Source: a virus (Duplodnaviria; Caudoviricetes). From it: a stretch of 40,118 bases of DNA. Under the pieces are notes generated by a model, which saw nothing but the letters and a program-made list of their open reading frames with translations, was not told the DNA's origin and did no database searches. The position numbers were made by a program, and so were the translations under genes. The DNA is taken from positions 1 to 40,118 of the IMG/VR virus record IMGVR_UViG_3300046779_000390. One strand, given 5' to 3'. This document shows, piece after piece, positions 17,519 through 25,269 of the stretch (its first letter is position 1; every line of letters starts with the position of its first letter).

Positions 17519-17818
17519 ATGAGTTACTCAATTAAGAAAGCGATGCGCGAGGAATTCCTCAACGCTATCGAACACGGCGAGACACTAGACTCTATCCGCG
17601 ACAATAGCGGGGAATGGGTAGACGGCTACCTCCCGATTTACAACAACACCATCATAGCAGAATGGCAAGCGATGCCAGGAGATTACGATAACCGCGGGCA
17701 CGCCGAACTAGGGCGCGGCGAGGAGATAGACATCATCAACCTAATGAGTCTAGACCTATACCTTTACTATACCGATATGGTACACGAGACACTAAACGAA
17801 ATGGAGTCGGGAGAATGA
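17519..17818 (+). CDS. Ocr-like (T7 gp0.3-like) acidic DNA-mimic anti-restriction protein
   Basis: 99 aa from ATG 17519 (AGGAGG site); VDGYLPIYNNTII and DIINLMSLDLY resemble Ocr ADNAVPHYYADIF and DVIRILQARIY; acidic; very early position. Confidence 0.6.
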   Translation: MSYSIKKAMREEFLNAIEHGETLDSIRDNSGEWVDGYLPIYNNTIIAEWQAMPGDYDNRGHAELGRGEEIDIINLMSLDLYLYYTDMVHETLNEMESGE

Positions 17819-17922
17819 GCACAACTTTACACCTAGGCGATTGCCTTAACGGGTGCGATATCTGCAAGGATAGGCACCACGAGGGGCAGACTATCTGCCT
17901 AGATTGCGGGGTGGAATTATGA
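17815..17922 (+). CDS. 35-aa Cys/His-rich microprotein (not in ORF track)
   Basis: MSTTLHLGDCLNGCDICKDRHHEGQTICLDCGVEL; ATGA overlaps at both ends. Confidence 0.65.
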   Translation: MSTTLHLGDCLNGCDICKDRHHEGQTICLDCGVEL

Positions 17923-18059
17923 AATGTGCAGACTGTGGGGCAGATGTGGGAAAGTACGAGATGTTTCCAGGGGATAGATGCCTATCCTGCCACGCTATCG
18001 AATTCGATAAGCATCCAATGCCAACGGCGCAGGAGATTCGCCAGATGTGGGGGATGTGA
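17919..18059 (+). CDS. 46-aa zinc-finger microprotein (not in ORF track)
   Basis: MKCADCG...RCLSCH...QMWGM; two CxxC motifs; ATGA coupling. Confidence 0.7.
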   Translation: MKCADCGADVGKYEMFPGDRCLSCHAIEFDKHPMPTAQEIRQMWGM

Positions 18060-18110
18060 CCTATCTCACACAGAAATCTATTGACACGCGTTAGCACATT
18101 AGGCAACACT
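18055..18110 (+). promoter_or_regulatory. CRP/GlxR-type site 4 plus promoter
   Basis: TGTGA-cctatc-TCACA at 18055-18070, TTGACA at 18081-18086, possible -10 AACACT at 18105-18110. Confidence 0.7.
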
Positions 18111-18140
18111 TAAACCAACCAACTACAGGAGGAATACATT

Positions 18141-18662
18141 ATGAAAAAAGCAGACATCGAAATCGGCAAGGATTATGCCTACCAATATCGACGCAACGAC
18201 ACGGACTCAGTGCACGGCATCGCCCGCGCTACAGTCACGGGGTTTGGGTCATCGTGGGGCGGAGCGGTAATGGTTGAAATCTCAATTCATCGTACCCGTT
18301 GGGAATATGAATACGACACAGACTATAAGCGAATCGAAGGCAGTGAGAAGAGAGTCGAGTATACGGAACCCCGCAAGGTGGCACTACTCACTATCGTTGG
18401 AGAGTATGAGCAGGAGAAGGCGCGACGCGAGGCATTTGCTATCCAACGCACGGCAGAGATGAAAGAGTACGAAAGACTACGAGAAATCCGCAAGCAGTGG
18501 AAGGCAGATAACTACGACCCTGCGATGAAAGAATTACGGGCAGAGTTGGCAATTATTACAGGCAAGAGTTACATCAGCGAGGATACAAGACTCAACGAGT
18601 TCGACATCGACCAAATCAAAGCAATAACCGAGGCACTACGAAAGGTAATGGTAAGCGCATAA
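18141..18662 (+). CDS. Hypothetical protein (beta-rich N-terminus, coiled coil)
   Basis: 173 aa, AGGAGG ribosome-binding site. Confidence 0.8.
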   Translation: MKKADIEIGKDYAYQYRRNDTDSVHGIARATVTGFGSSWGGAVMVEISIHRTRWEYEYDTDYKRIEGSEKRVEYTEPRKVALLTIVGEYEQEKARREAFAIQRTAEMKEYERLREIRKQWKADNYDPAMKELRAELAIITGKSYISEDTRLNEFDIDQIKAITEALRKVMVSA

Positions 18663-18967
18663 TGAAACAAATGAACCAACGAGATGCGATTCATTACATC
18701 GCAACGGCTCAAGAATTCAAGGCGTCTGCCCTTATGGGTACGACGGCACACATCGGGGCGGGTAGGCTTGATGATGAAGAGACCGCCCGCTATAACGACG
18801 CGGTAAGTAAGGGCATAGACTATATCGTTTACTCTTACAATACCCCTATCGCGTGGCACGGATTCGACGGGTGGTACGTAGTCGAGCAGAAGTTCAGCGT
18901 CACTACTAGCAAGCATCAGAACTATGTCCGTCGCGCTATCGCAGAGAGTTTGGAGATAGCGGTATGA
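18662..18967 (+). CDS. Phage early protein (YSYxTPIA...SxTTSKHQ type)
   Basis: 101 aa, TAATG coupling; motif pattern common in phage early regions. Confidence 0.8.
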   Translation: MKQMNQRDAIHYIATAQEFKASALMGTTAHIGAGRLDDEETARYNDAVSKGIDYIVYSYNTPIAWHGFDGWYVVEQKFSVTTSKHQNYVRRAIAESLEIAV

Positions 18968-19191
18968 CATACGACTACACAGTGCAGTTCATCGGAAGTT
19001 ATTGGGTACTTTCCACCCGTGTATCTATTGAACTAGATGACACAGAGGGGAACTTATCAGATGAAGCACGCGATAAGGCAGAAACAGAGGCAGACGAATC
19101 TATTCAAGGCGAGTTAGGTATATCACCATTAAACTTTGCACACAGTGCGATAGTAACGCTTAACCTAGAGGGAGAGGACATTGAACTATGA
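18964..19191 (+). CDS. Acidic hypothetical protein
   Basis: 75 aa, ATGA coupling. Confidence 0.7.
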   Translation: MTYDYTVQFIGSYWVLSTRVSIELDDTEGNLSDEARDKAETEADESIQGELGISPLNFAHSAIVTLNLEGEDIEL

Positions 19192-19349
19192 AACTTACAC
19201 GACGTGGAGAGATAGTATTCAAGGTGCTATTGGTAGCAGGCGCAGGGCTAGTGATGTTTGGTATGTATGAATTCATCGGGCATATCTGGTGGACAGGGGA
19301 TAGTTATTGCTGGGGCACAATGCTTGAATGTATGGAGGGCGGACTATGA
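19188..19349 (+). CDS. 53-aa single-pass membrane protein (not in ORF track)
   Basis: MKLTRRGEIVFKVLLVAGAGLVMFGMYEFIGHIWWTGDSYCWGTMLECMEGGL; GAGG site, ATGA coupling. Confidence 0.75.
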   Translation: MKLTRRGEIVFKVLLVAGAGLVMFGMYEFIGHIWWTGDSYCWGTMLECMEGGL

Positions 19350-19402
19350 TTATCTGCGGTGACCACCTCGTGCCAGTAAAAGATTGCGGGTGCTTGAGAT
19401 GA
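19346..19402 (+). CDS. 18-aa Cys/His peptide (not in ORF track)
   Basis: MIICGDHLVPVKDCGCLR; GGAGG site and ATGA overlaps on both sides. Confidence 0.5.
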   Translation: MIICGDHLVPVKDCGCLR

Positions 19403-19491
19403 TTGTATTGACACTAGCATCGCTACCCATTATCGTATTATGTATCTTAGGGATTGCCCTAAGTGGACAACCAATAGACGGAGGAGAATAA
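19399..19491 (+). CDS. 30-aa hydrophobic peptide (not in ORF track)
   Basis: MIVLTLASLPIIVLCILGIALSGQPIDGGE; ATGA coupling; fills the gap. Confidence 0.5.
   Translation: MIVLTLASLPIIVLCILGIALSGQPIDGGE
19408..19436 (+). promoter_or_regulatory. Internal SigA-type promoter
   Basis: TTGACA-N17-TATCGT. Confidence 0.5.
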
Positions 19492-19492
19492 A

Positions 19493-19696
19493 GTGAATGA
19501 AGAAGTAGGGAACTGCGATACCTGTAATTCTTGGGACGATAGTTTAGAAGAAGGTATCTGCCAGACTTGCATTAACGAAGAGACCGAGCAGGTCAGTTGG
19601 ACTGTGCTCGTAGACCTAGCCACACAACTGGCGGAGTTGTCAGTTGCCAACGAGAAGGGTGAAGAGATTGTCCGAACCAATGTATCTACAAGGTGA
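19493..19696 (+). CDS. Acidic zinc-binding hypothetical protein
   Basis: CDTC and CQTC motifs; GGAGG site. Confidence 0.7.
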   Translation: MNEEVGNCDTCNSWDDSLEEGICQTCINEETEQVSWTVLVDLATQLAELSVANEKGEEIVRTNVSTR

Positions 19697-19868
19697 CACG
19701 ATTGCCCTTAGCAACACAGGCTACGCAGTACAGGAAGTTGAATGTGATTGCGGGAACTTGCAGGAGATTGACGTAGAAGAACAGTACGCACACGGAGATA
19801 CAACCTGGTATGGGGAGTGGACTTGCACAAAGTGCAACGAGTTCCATACCTCAGACGGGTGGTACTAA
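19680..19868 (+). CDS. Zinc-ribbon hypothetical protein
   Basis: ATG 19680 preferred; CDCG and CTKC motifs. Confidence 0.7.
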   Translation: MYLQGDTIALSNTGYAVQEVECDCGNLQEIDVEEQYAHGDTTWYGEWTCTKCNEFHTSDGWY

Positions 19869-20089
19869 TGAATCAGTATCGAGTATCGTATAAGGTAGAA
19901 GGCGTACGCATTATGAATGTGTGGTTGCCTGACGAAGTAGTGCCACCAAGGGAGTTCCACTTATGGGATTATCCACAGCAGGATGAATGGCTATACACAC
20001 ACCAAGCGCACAGCAACGTGCACTTAGAAGATATTCACCACGCAGAAGCAGAGTCAGTACTCAAGGTGACCCACCTGAAGGCAGTCTAA
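19868..20089 (+). CDS. Hypothetical protein
   Basis: ATG 19868 via TAATG coupling; 73 aa. Confidence 0.7.
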   Translation: MNQYRVSYKVEGVRIMNVWLPDEVVPPREFHLWDYPQQDEWLYTHQAHSNVHLEDIHHAEAESVLKVTHLKAV

Positions 20090-20178
20090 TGAGCGTGACC
20101 CTGCTATTCATAGGGCTTATCAGCCTGCGTTACCACAGGAAATGGATTACTTACTACAAGAGTTGGAGAGATAGATGA
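20089..20178 (+). CDS. 29-aa hydrophobic/basic peptide
   Basis: MSVTLLFIGLISLRYHRKWITYYKSWRDR; coupled at both ends. Confidence 0.5.
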   Translation: MSVTLLFIGLISLRYHRKWITYYKSWRDR

Positions 20179-20429
20179 TTGACCCAGCATACTTACCACC
20201 TGAATGGATGAAGTCAGCGTTATGTGCACAAGTAGATACGGAAATCTTTTACCCTGAACGTGGTGACTCAGCATCAGCAGATGCAGCAAGAAGAATCTGT
20301 TCACTCTGTGATGTCAAGGTGCAGTGCCTAGAGTATGCACTAGATAATGCAGAACGCTACGGCATATGGGGTGGAACGAATGAACGTGACCGCAGACCTA
20401 TGTTCAAGGCTAGGGGGATAGCGTGTTAA
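20175..20429 (+). CDS. whiB: WhiB-family Fe-S transcription factor
   Basis: C...CxxC-x5-C plus GIWGG and C-terminal ERDRR. Confidence 0.93.
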   Translation: MIDPAYLPPEWMKSALCAQVDTEIFYPERGDSASADAARRICSLCDVKVQCLEYALDNAERYGIWGGTNERDRRPMFKARGIAC

Positions 20430-20776
20430 AAGATAGAAGTTGGCACGCAGAGGGGCTATGTAGTGGGCACGAAGACCCTGACCTATGGCACTATGACAAC
20501 TCACCTAAGCCTGAGATTAAAGAGGAACAGGTACATCGTAGCGTACGTGCTATACAAATCTGTGCAGATTGTCCAGTCAAGTGGGAGTGCTTACAACAGG
20601 GGATTGAACCTGAGAATTTACTGTGGAGTATCGACGGGCACGGGTCTATATGGGGTGGCAGGCTTACATCTGAGCGTGCATTGATGGCTGGATACCCTGC
20701 CTCTCACAATATGATTGAGAAGGAACAGCGACACGCAAGGAATGTTAAGCGGAATCTTGGTAGAATTGTCAGATGA
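20423..20776 (+). CDS. whiB: Second, divergent WhiB-family protein
   Basis: CSGHEDPDLW, CADCPVKWEC and SIWGG motifs, with insertions and a basic tail. Confidence 0.85.
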   Translation: MLKDRSWHAEGLCSGHEDPDLWHYDNSPKPEIKEEQVHRSVRAIQICADCPVKWECLQQGIEPENLLWSIDGHGSIWGGRLTSERALMAGYPASHNMIEKEQRHARNVKRNLGRIVR

Positions 20777-21192
20777 AAAAGCGAATGATAATCCTGATAC
20801 TTCTCTTCATCTTTGCGTGGACTTTCCCGCTTACTCACGAGGTAGAAGTAAAGGTTAATATCGGCAAGCATTTACCTAAGCAGGCAGTGCAGACCAAGGC
20901 TACGCCTAAGGAGAAGTATCAGAACAAGGTGATGGCTATGCGCTACGCCAAGGCAGGATGGGGTTGGGATAGAACTCAACGTCGCTGTGCCTACTCACTC
21001 TTTATGAAGGAGTCAAGGTTCGACCACCTAGCAGACAACCCTAGGTCAACAGCCTTTGGTATTGGACAGGTACTCAAGGAGAAGAGTAAGCACCCTGATA
21101 TACAGATACTCAACGCGTATAAATATATCAAGCACCGCTACGACACCCCGTGCCGTGCCCTCAACCATCACAACCGCAAGAACTGGTACTGA
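20773..21192 (+). CDS. Lytic transglycosylase (SLT/lysozyme-like) with signal anchor
   Basis: Hydrophobic N-terminus; catalytic KES, AFGIGQ, YIKHRY and C-terminal NWY. Confidence 0.85.
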   Translation: MKKRMIILILLFIFAWTFPLTHEVEVKVNIGKHLPKQAVQTKATPKEKYQNKVMAMRYAKAGWGWDRTQRRCAYSLFMKESRFDHLADNPRSTAFGIGQVLKEKSKHPDIQILNAYKYIKHRYDTPCRALNHHNRKNWY

Positions 21193-21193
21193 T

Positions 21194-21427
21194 ATGATTG
21201 AAAGAGTATATGTTGGGTCACACGTTACTTCTTCTTGTTATACCTGTGGCATAGAAGATTACTTTATGGGATATAAGTTACATATACAGAAAAATATAAA
21301 TAGTTTCCGCAACCTACACAGAGGGCACGAAGGGAAGATAGATATAGAGAATGAGTTTGCGTTAAGCGACCCTGATTATATATCACCTTATGCTTGTTCG
21401 GGTTGTGAGTTGTGCGAAATTGTTTGA
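21194..21427 (+). CDS. AT-rich hypothetical protein with Cys motifs
   Basis: ATG 21194 directly after previous stop; CYTC and CSGC motifs. Confidence 0.6.
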   Translation: MIERVYVGSHVTSSCYTCGIEDYFMGYKLHIQKNINSFRNLHRGHEGKIDIENEFALSDPDYISPYACSGCELCEIV

Positions 21428-21602
21428 CCTATACAACCTAGAGAATCCAACGCTTGCGTGCATCTGTGGTTGTTTGATGTTTGAGATTACTGTAATGTGG
21501 GACAGCGAGACAAGAGAGGTAGGTTGGTATGACCTGCGACAAAGGTGCAAAGAATGTGGAGCAGAATCAACTGCCCCTACCCCGATTGACGAAGGAGTCT
21601 GA
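21390..21602 (+). CDS. Zinc-ribbon protein (start may be TTG 21420)
   Basis: CICG and CKECG motifs, TAPTPID tail. Confidence 0.7.
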   Translation: MLVRVVSCAKLFDLYNLENPTLACICGCLMFEITVMWDSETREVGWYDLRQRCKECGAESTAPTPIDEGV

Positions 21603-21769
21603 TGCCTAAGTATGATTATAAGTGTGATACCTGCGGTGGTACACAAGAGATTGATAGAAGTTTTGGTGACAACACTGAACCTATCTGTTGCCAAGCAACA
21701 ATGAGTAGGGTATGGTCAGCACCAGCGGTCAAGTTTAATGGCTCTGGTTTCTATAGCACAGGAGGATAG
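21602..21769 (+). CDS. FmdB-family zinc-ribbon regulator (not in ORF track)
   Basis: MPKYDYKCDTCG...CC...MSRVWSAPAVKFNGSGFYSTGG, the typical FmdB signature. Confidence 0.88.
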   Translation: MPKYDYKCDTCGGTQEIDRSFGDNTEPICCQATMSRVWSAPAVKFNGSGFYSTGG

Positions 21770-21770
21770 T

Positions 21771-21893
21771 ATGAATACAGTACAAAGTTGGAAAGAGATT
21801 GTCGAACTACATCACGCAGAGTTAATCAAGGATTACCCTGAAGTATTATGGGTTGACCCAGGTGAAGTTGACTACGATAGCAAGGAAGAGTAA
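21771..21893 (+). CDS. 40-aa acidic protein (not in ORF track)
   Basis: MNTVQSWKEIVELHHAELIKDYPEVLWVDPGEVDYDSKEE; AGGAGG site; TAATG coupling. Confidence 0.7.
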   Translation: MNTVQSWKEIVELHHAELIKDYPEVLWVDPGEVDYDSKEE

Positions 21894-22228
21894 TGACTCA
21901 CGATGAATTGCTGGAAAAGATAAACGATTTGTTTGGTGAAGGTTCTAACCCTGGAGCACCGACTAATCCAACATATGATTCTATGCTTGCATTTGAGACT
22001 GCTCTTATGGAAGTAGTCAAGTTGCATAGACCTAGTGAAGAGTTATTCAGCAAGGTTGAATTTATGAGCGGGATAGAAGCGAATTATTTGGTATGCGAAC
22101 ACTGCAATGGACTGGTAGATAACCCTAAGATAACAGTTATATATCCTTGCCGAACTATTCGGGGGATTGAGTATGCTCTTGAGTATGTTCTTCGGAAGGG
22201 TCTGAGTCCGCATCCTGATATGGCTTGA
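21893..22228 (+). CDS. Hypothetical metal-binding protein (LH...CxxC...YPC)
   Basis: 111 aa; overlaps the convergent sigma gene by 74 bp. Confidence 0.7.
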   Translation: MTHDELLEKINDLFGEGSNPGAPTNPTYDSMLAFETALMEVVKLHRPSEELFSKVEFMSGIEANYLVCEHCNGLVDNPKITVIYPCRTIRGIEYALEYVLRKGLSPHPDMA

Positions 22229-22817
22229 AGCCACCAATCTTATGGATTAGTTTCTTGATGGCACGCTTGTTACGCATACGAGCAGTGTCTTCACTGCCTA
22301 GTTCCATCTCTGTAGCAATAGCACCAAAGTCCATTGACTCTGCATAGCGGAGGAACAATAACTTCCTATCGTCCTTGCTTAACTTCCAGAATCCGAAGTC
22401 AACTTCAATCATCATAGCCATTAGATTGCCACCCTCATTGGGTGCGCTAGGCTTACCTGGTCTGCCAAGGTTTAACTGTGCAGTGATATTGAAATCACCA
22501 CGCAAGACAGAGGGCAACAGTGCCTCAACCATATCGGCTTCATAGTAGAACAGGTCAGAGGTTTCATACCCACCTGACTTAGCCTTCCAGTGCTGGCAAT
22601 AGTCCAGTGCTTGGTTACGTAGGCTACGATAGATTAAGTTCTTCGCATCCTTCTCACCGATTGCTTCCCACTCATTAAGTTTATTGGGATGTTCAATGAA
22701 CCACTGATACAAAGATTGTCTGATGTCATCTATATCTATCTCAAACTTACGATGATACTCAGAGGCAACGGAATCAACTACGTAATCCCAGTGCTCGATG
22801 CGCTCCCACTCAATCAT
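22155..22817 (-). CDS. Phage sigma-70-like transcription factor
   Basis: Region 2-like DDIRQSLYQW...LRNQALDY and region 4-like LSKDDRKLLFLRY...IATEM...RAIKKL. Confidence 0.8.
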   Translation of the reverse strand: MIEWERIEHWDYVVDSVASEYHRKFEIDIDDIRQSLYQWFIEHPNKLNEWEAIGEKDAKNLIYRSLRNQALDYCQHWKAKSGGYETSDLFYYEADMVEALLPSVLRGDFNITAQLNLGRPGKPSAPNEGGNLMAMMIEVDFGFWKLSKDDRKLLFLRYAESMDFGAIATEMELGSEDTARMRNKRAIKKLIHKIGGFKPYQDADSDPSEEHTQEHTQSPE

Positions 22818-23200
22818 ATAATCTTAAACCCTTTGTCAACAGGAATGAACCCAACCATCTTCATCTTGTTGTTCTTGTTAGCGAACTCAGTAGTAGATGG
22901 TAACCACTTCTCTGCCCACGAGATGATGATGAGGTCAAGCAATGGGAATGCCCAGATACCCTCAGGTGTGGAGTTAATGTACCAAGGCGCAAGCCCTAAC
23001 TTAGCAGACTCTTCAAGAAGGAAGTCATACTTCATCTTCTCAATCAGTAGTTCGGGGTAGTGTGTGCGTCTGCACTTAAGTTCTATAAATAGTTTAGCGT
23101 CTTCTGATATGCAGTCGAAGCCATCATATATTTCGGGGGAGTGAACGAGGTCGGGGAACTTCTCTGCCTTCAACCAGTCGAATAGTTCCTGTTCTTTCAT
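22814..23200 (-). CDS. PD-(D/E)XK endonuclease-like protein
   Basis: E...FDC...IELKCR motif. Confidence 0.7.
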   Translation of the reverse strand: MKEQELFDWLKAEKFPDLVHSPEIYDGFDCISEDAKLFIELKCRRTHYPELLIEKMKYDFLLEESAKLGLAPWYINSTPEGIWAFPLLDLIIISWAEKWLPSTTEFANKNNKMKMVGFIPVDKGFKII

Positions 23201-23319
23201 TAGTCTCCGTGAACTGTTGAGTAGTGTTGTTCTTCATAGTCTTTGTGAACATAGCATCCACAGTTAGCACAGACAAAGAAGTCCTTTAGTGATGTACGAA
23301 TAAAAGTACCTGAACGCAC
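23200..23319 (-). CDS. 39-aa C2H2-like microprotein (not in ORF track)
   Basis: GTG start; RSGTFIRTSLKDFFVCANCGCYVHKDYEEQHYSTVHGD; TAATG coupling; fills the gap. Confidence 0.65.
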   Translation of the reverse strand: MRSGTFIRTSLKDFFVCANCGCYVHKDYEEQHYSTVHGD

Positions 23320-23321
23320 CC

Positions 23322-23687
23322 TTACTTATCCCACTTCCCTCTTAGTACTAACAGCGCAATTATACCATAGTTTGCTAGGTCTTTGAAGGAATCCTCAAGT
23401 GGTTCGTGGAATGGCTTGTCACCTGACGAGGTAAGGTTATTGATGCGTGCCATCTTGTCGTGCATACGTACACGTAACCCATTGATTGGTCCACCTGGTG
23501 AGTCAGAGATATTCTTTGGTCCGTAGTCACGGTGCTTACTCAGTAGCAAGTCACCGAGTTCTCTCATTGTGTCCCAGACTGCCTGCTCAAAATCGGAATT
23601 GCCAACGTCACGTTTAGGTGATTTCCCTCCACCGTGTAACTCTTCACGTTCATCCCTAGTCCTGCCAAGTGGGTTATAATCTGCCAT
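23322..23687 (-). CDS. Nucleotide modification associated domain (DUF1599/Nmad1-like, MazG-like fold)
   Basis: KHRDYG...RMHDKMARI...EDSFKDLANYGII motifs. Confidence 0.8.
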   Translation of the reverse strand: MADYNPLGRTRDEREELHGGGKSPKRDVGNSDFEQAVWDTMRELGDLLLSKHRDYGPKNISDSPGGPINGLRVRMHDKMARINNLTSSGDKPFHEPLEDSFKDLANYGIIALLVLRGKWDK

Positions 23688-23713
23688 ATCTCTTCACGCT
23701 CCGCCTTCTCCAT
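23564..23713 (-). CDS. Possible 49-aa overlapping gene
   Basis: MEKAEREEIWQIITHLAGLG...; AAGGA site; overlaps the disordered N-terminus of the DUF1599-like gene. Confidence 0.4.
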   Translation of the reverse strand: MEKAEREEIWQIITHLAGLGMNVKSYTVEGNHLNVTLAIPILSRQSGTQ

Positions 23714-24065
23714 CGTTATCCTTTGATAGTAACTTCTCAATGTTAGCATCTAAGTCCTGCATAGCAGACTTGACTACCATATCTTCAACCAATTCATCAA
23801 TCATATCGAATCCCATCTCCGCTGCAAACAGCGTGACATAGGTAGATTGAGTCATCAACTTAATCTGTTCTGGTTCTTCTGCGTGATGATACAAGAATCT
23901 AAGTAGTGACCCCAATAGTAACTGCATCCCATTAGGTAGCAAGTAGTACGGGTCGAAGTCCTCATCATCTTCCAGTGTGTGGTCAATCAGTTCGAATGAG
24001 TTCTCGAACTGTGTGTCACACTCGTGGCAGTATGATTCAGGTGGTTCGTTGGGGTCAAAGTCCAA
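23694..24065 (-). CDS. Acidic protein with C2H2-like motif
   Basis: CHECDTQF...LIDH; 123 aa. Confidence 0.7.
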   Translation of the reverse strand: MDFDPNEPPESYCHECDTQFENSFELIDHTLEDDEDFDPYYLLPNGMQLLLGSLLRFLYHHAEEPEQIKLMTQSTYVTLFAAEMGFDMIDELVEDMVVKSAMQDLDANIEKLLSKDNDGEGGA

Positions 24066-24067
24066 GT

Positions 24068-24685
24068 TTAGATATCCATCTTCTCGTGAAAGTATCCTGC
24101 TCCTGCTTGCACATACATCGAATTAACATCTTCTCCTTCGGGGAGTTGAACGATAGTAACTGGCAGTTCTCTGGCAAGGCTGCGGGCAAACTCCGTCCCT
24201 GGTTGGTCTCCATCGGCGAAGACAAATACTCTTTCAAAATCTGCAAGCAATCGTGTGTAGTGTCTCTTCCAGGAGTTCGCTCCAGGTACACCAATGCAAG
24301 GAATACCAACACAGAAACTGAGAGTAATAGTATCCAGTTCACCTTCGCACACCCCTATAAAATCTCCTGCTTGTTCTACATCAAGCACGTTGTACATTCT
24401 AGTTTCAGCACCAGTCATACCCATATACTTAGGTTCGACTGCGGGGTTCAGGCTTCTGAATCGTAAGTCTACTACACCTGTCTTGGTTACATACGGAATA
24501 GCAAGTCGACCTGAGTACTGCTCGTGTCCAACTTCAGGTTCCGAGACTACGCCTAATGATGCCAGACGTGCTACTTCCTGACTGATTCCTCTGCTTGCTA
24601 GGTAATCGGATGCCAGATGAATACTTTCCGCGTACTTCTTGGTGGCTTTGCCCAGTAATTCCTTCTGCAAATGTCCTTGCTTCAT
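24068..24685 (-). CDS. DNA primase catalytic (TOPRIM) part
   Basis: YLASRGI, RLAIPY, KY, CEGELD, GVPG and FADGDQPG motifs. Confidence 0.9.
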   Translation of the reverse strand: MKQGHLQKELLGKATKKYAESIHLASDYLASRGISQEVARLASLGVVSEPEVGHEQYSGRLAIPYVTKTGVVDLRFRSLNPAVEPKYMGMTGAETRMYNVLDVEQAGDFIGVCEGELDTITLSFCVGIPCIGVPGANSWKRHYTRLLADFERVFVFADGDQPGTEFARSLARELPVTIVQLPEGEDVNSMYVQAGAGYFHEKMDI

Positions 24686-24914
24686 TGATATTTATTCCCT
24701 CCTGTTGCGCGATTATTTGTAGGCTGTTGCCCTGAACGCCACAGGCAAAGCATATAAAGATATTCTTATCGAGGTTGGCACTACCTGATTGGTGCGTATC
24801 TGAATGGAACGGACACTTAAGGTTGACCTGCCCGTGCCCTTGTCTAAGGTTCGCACCATAATGGCGGAGGACATCTGCAATGTTCGGCAAGTCATTATCT
24901 ATCCTTGTCACCAT
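24534..24914 (-). CDS. DNA primase CHC2 zinc-binding part
   Basis: CPFH...CFACG; overlaps the TOPRIM ORF by 152 bp. Confidence 0.88.
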   Translation of the reverse strand: MVTRIDNDLPNIADVLRHYGANLRQGHGQVNLKCPFHSDTHQSGSANLDKNIFICFACGVQGNSLQIIAQQEGININEARTFAEGITGQSHQEVRGKYSSGIRLPSKQRNQSGSSTSGIIRRSLGT

Positions 24915-25269
24915 TACCTGTCTTCTCCTTTACCCACTGCTCTAGGTCTTGCACAACCCAGGACTTATCTATGCCTGCATTGCGACGTTTGACTATGACA
25001 TAGTGCAACGGAACTTCTGGTAAGTTACGCGCCTTTGCATAGTTCACTGCTTCTACTTGTGCCTCTCGCCAGAACTGTGGCAAGTCTATCTTCTTTACAT
25101 TCTTAAGTTCAAGGATGTAATTCTTTCCTGCGATGGTGGCAACTAAGTCACCCTCATCCTTTGCACCAGCCTTAGTGAGACGCTCAACTAGCACACCGAT
25201 TTGTTCACGTAACCATTTCATTGTGCCAGTCTCATAGCCTGAGCCTTTGCGTCCGTTGGGGTTAGCCAT
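24895..25269 (-). CDS. Holliday junction resolvase (Hjc-like)
   Basis: RKGSGYE...DEGDL...ILELKN motifs. Confidence 0.8.
   Translation of the reverse strand: MANPNGRKGSGYETGTMKWLREQIGVLVERLTKAGAKDEGDLVATIAGKNYILELKNVKKIDLPQFWREAQVEAVNYAKARNLPEVPLHYVIVKRRNAGIDKSWVVQDLEQWVKEKTGNGDKDR

Noticed and set aside
24068-24914. Split primase as a novelty or sequencing error
   Set aside because: Overlapping zinc-finger and TOPRIM ORFs are well known in actinophages, and the second ORF has its own AGGAGG site.
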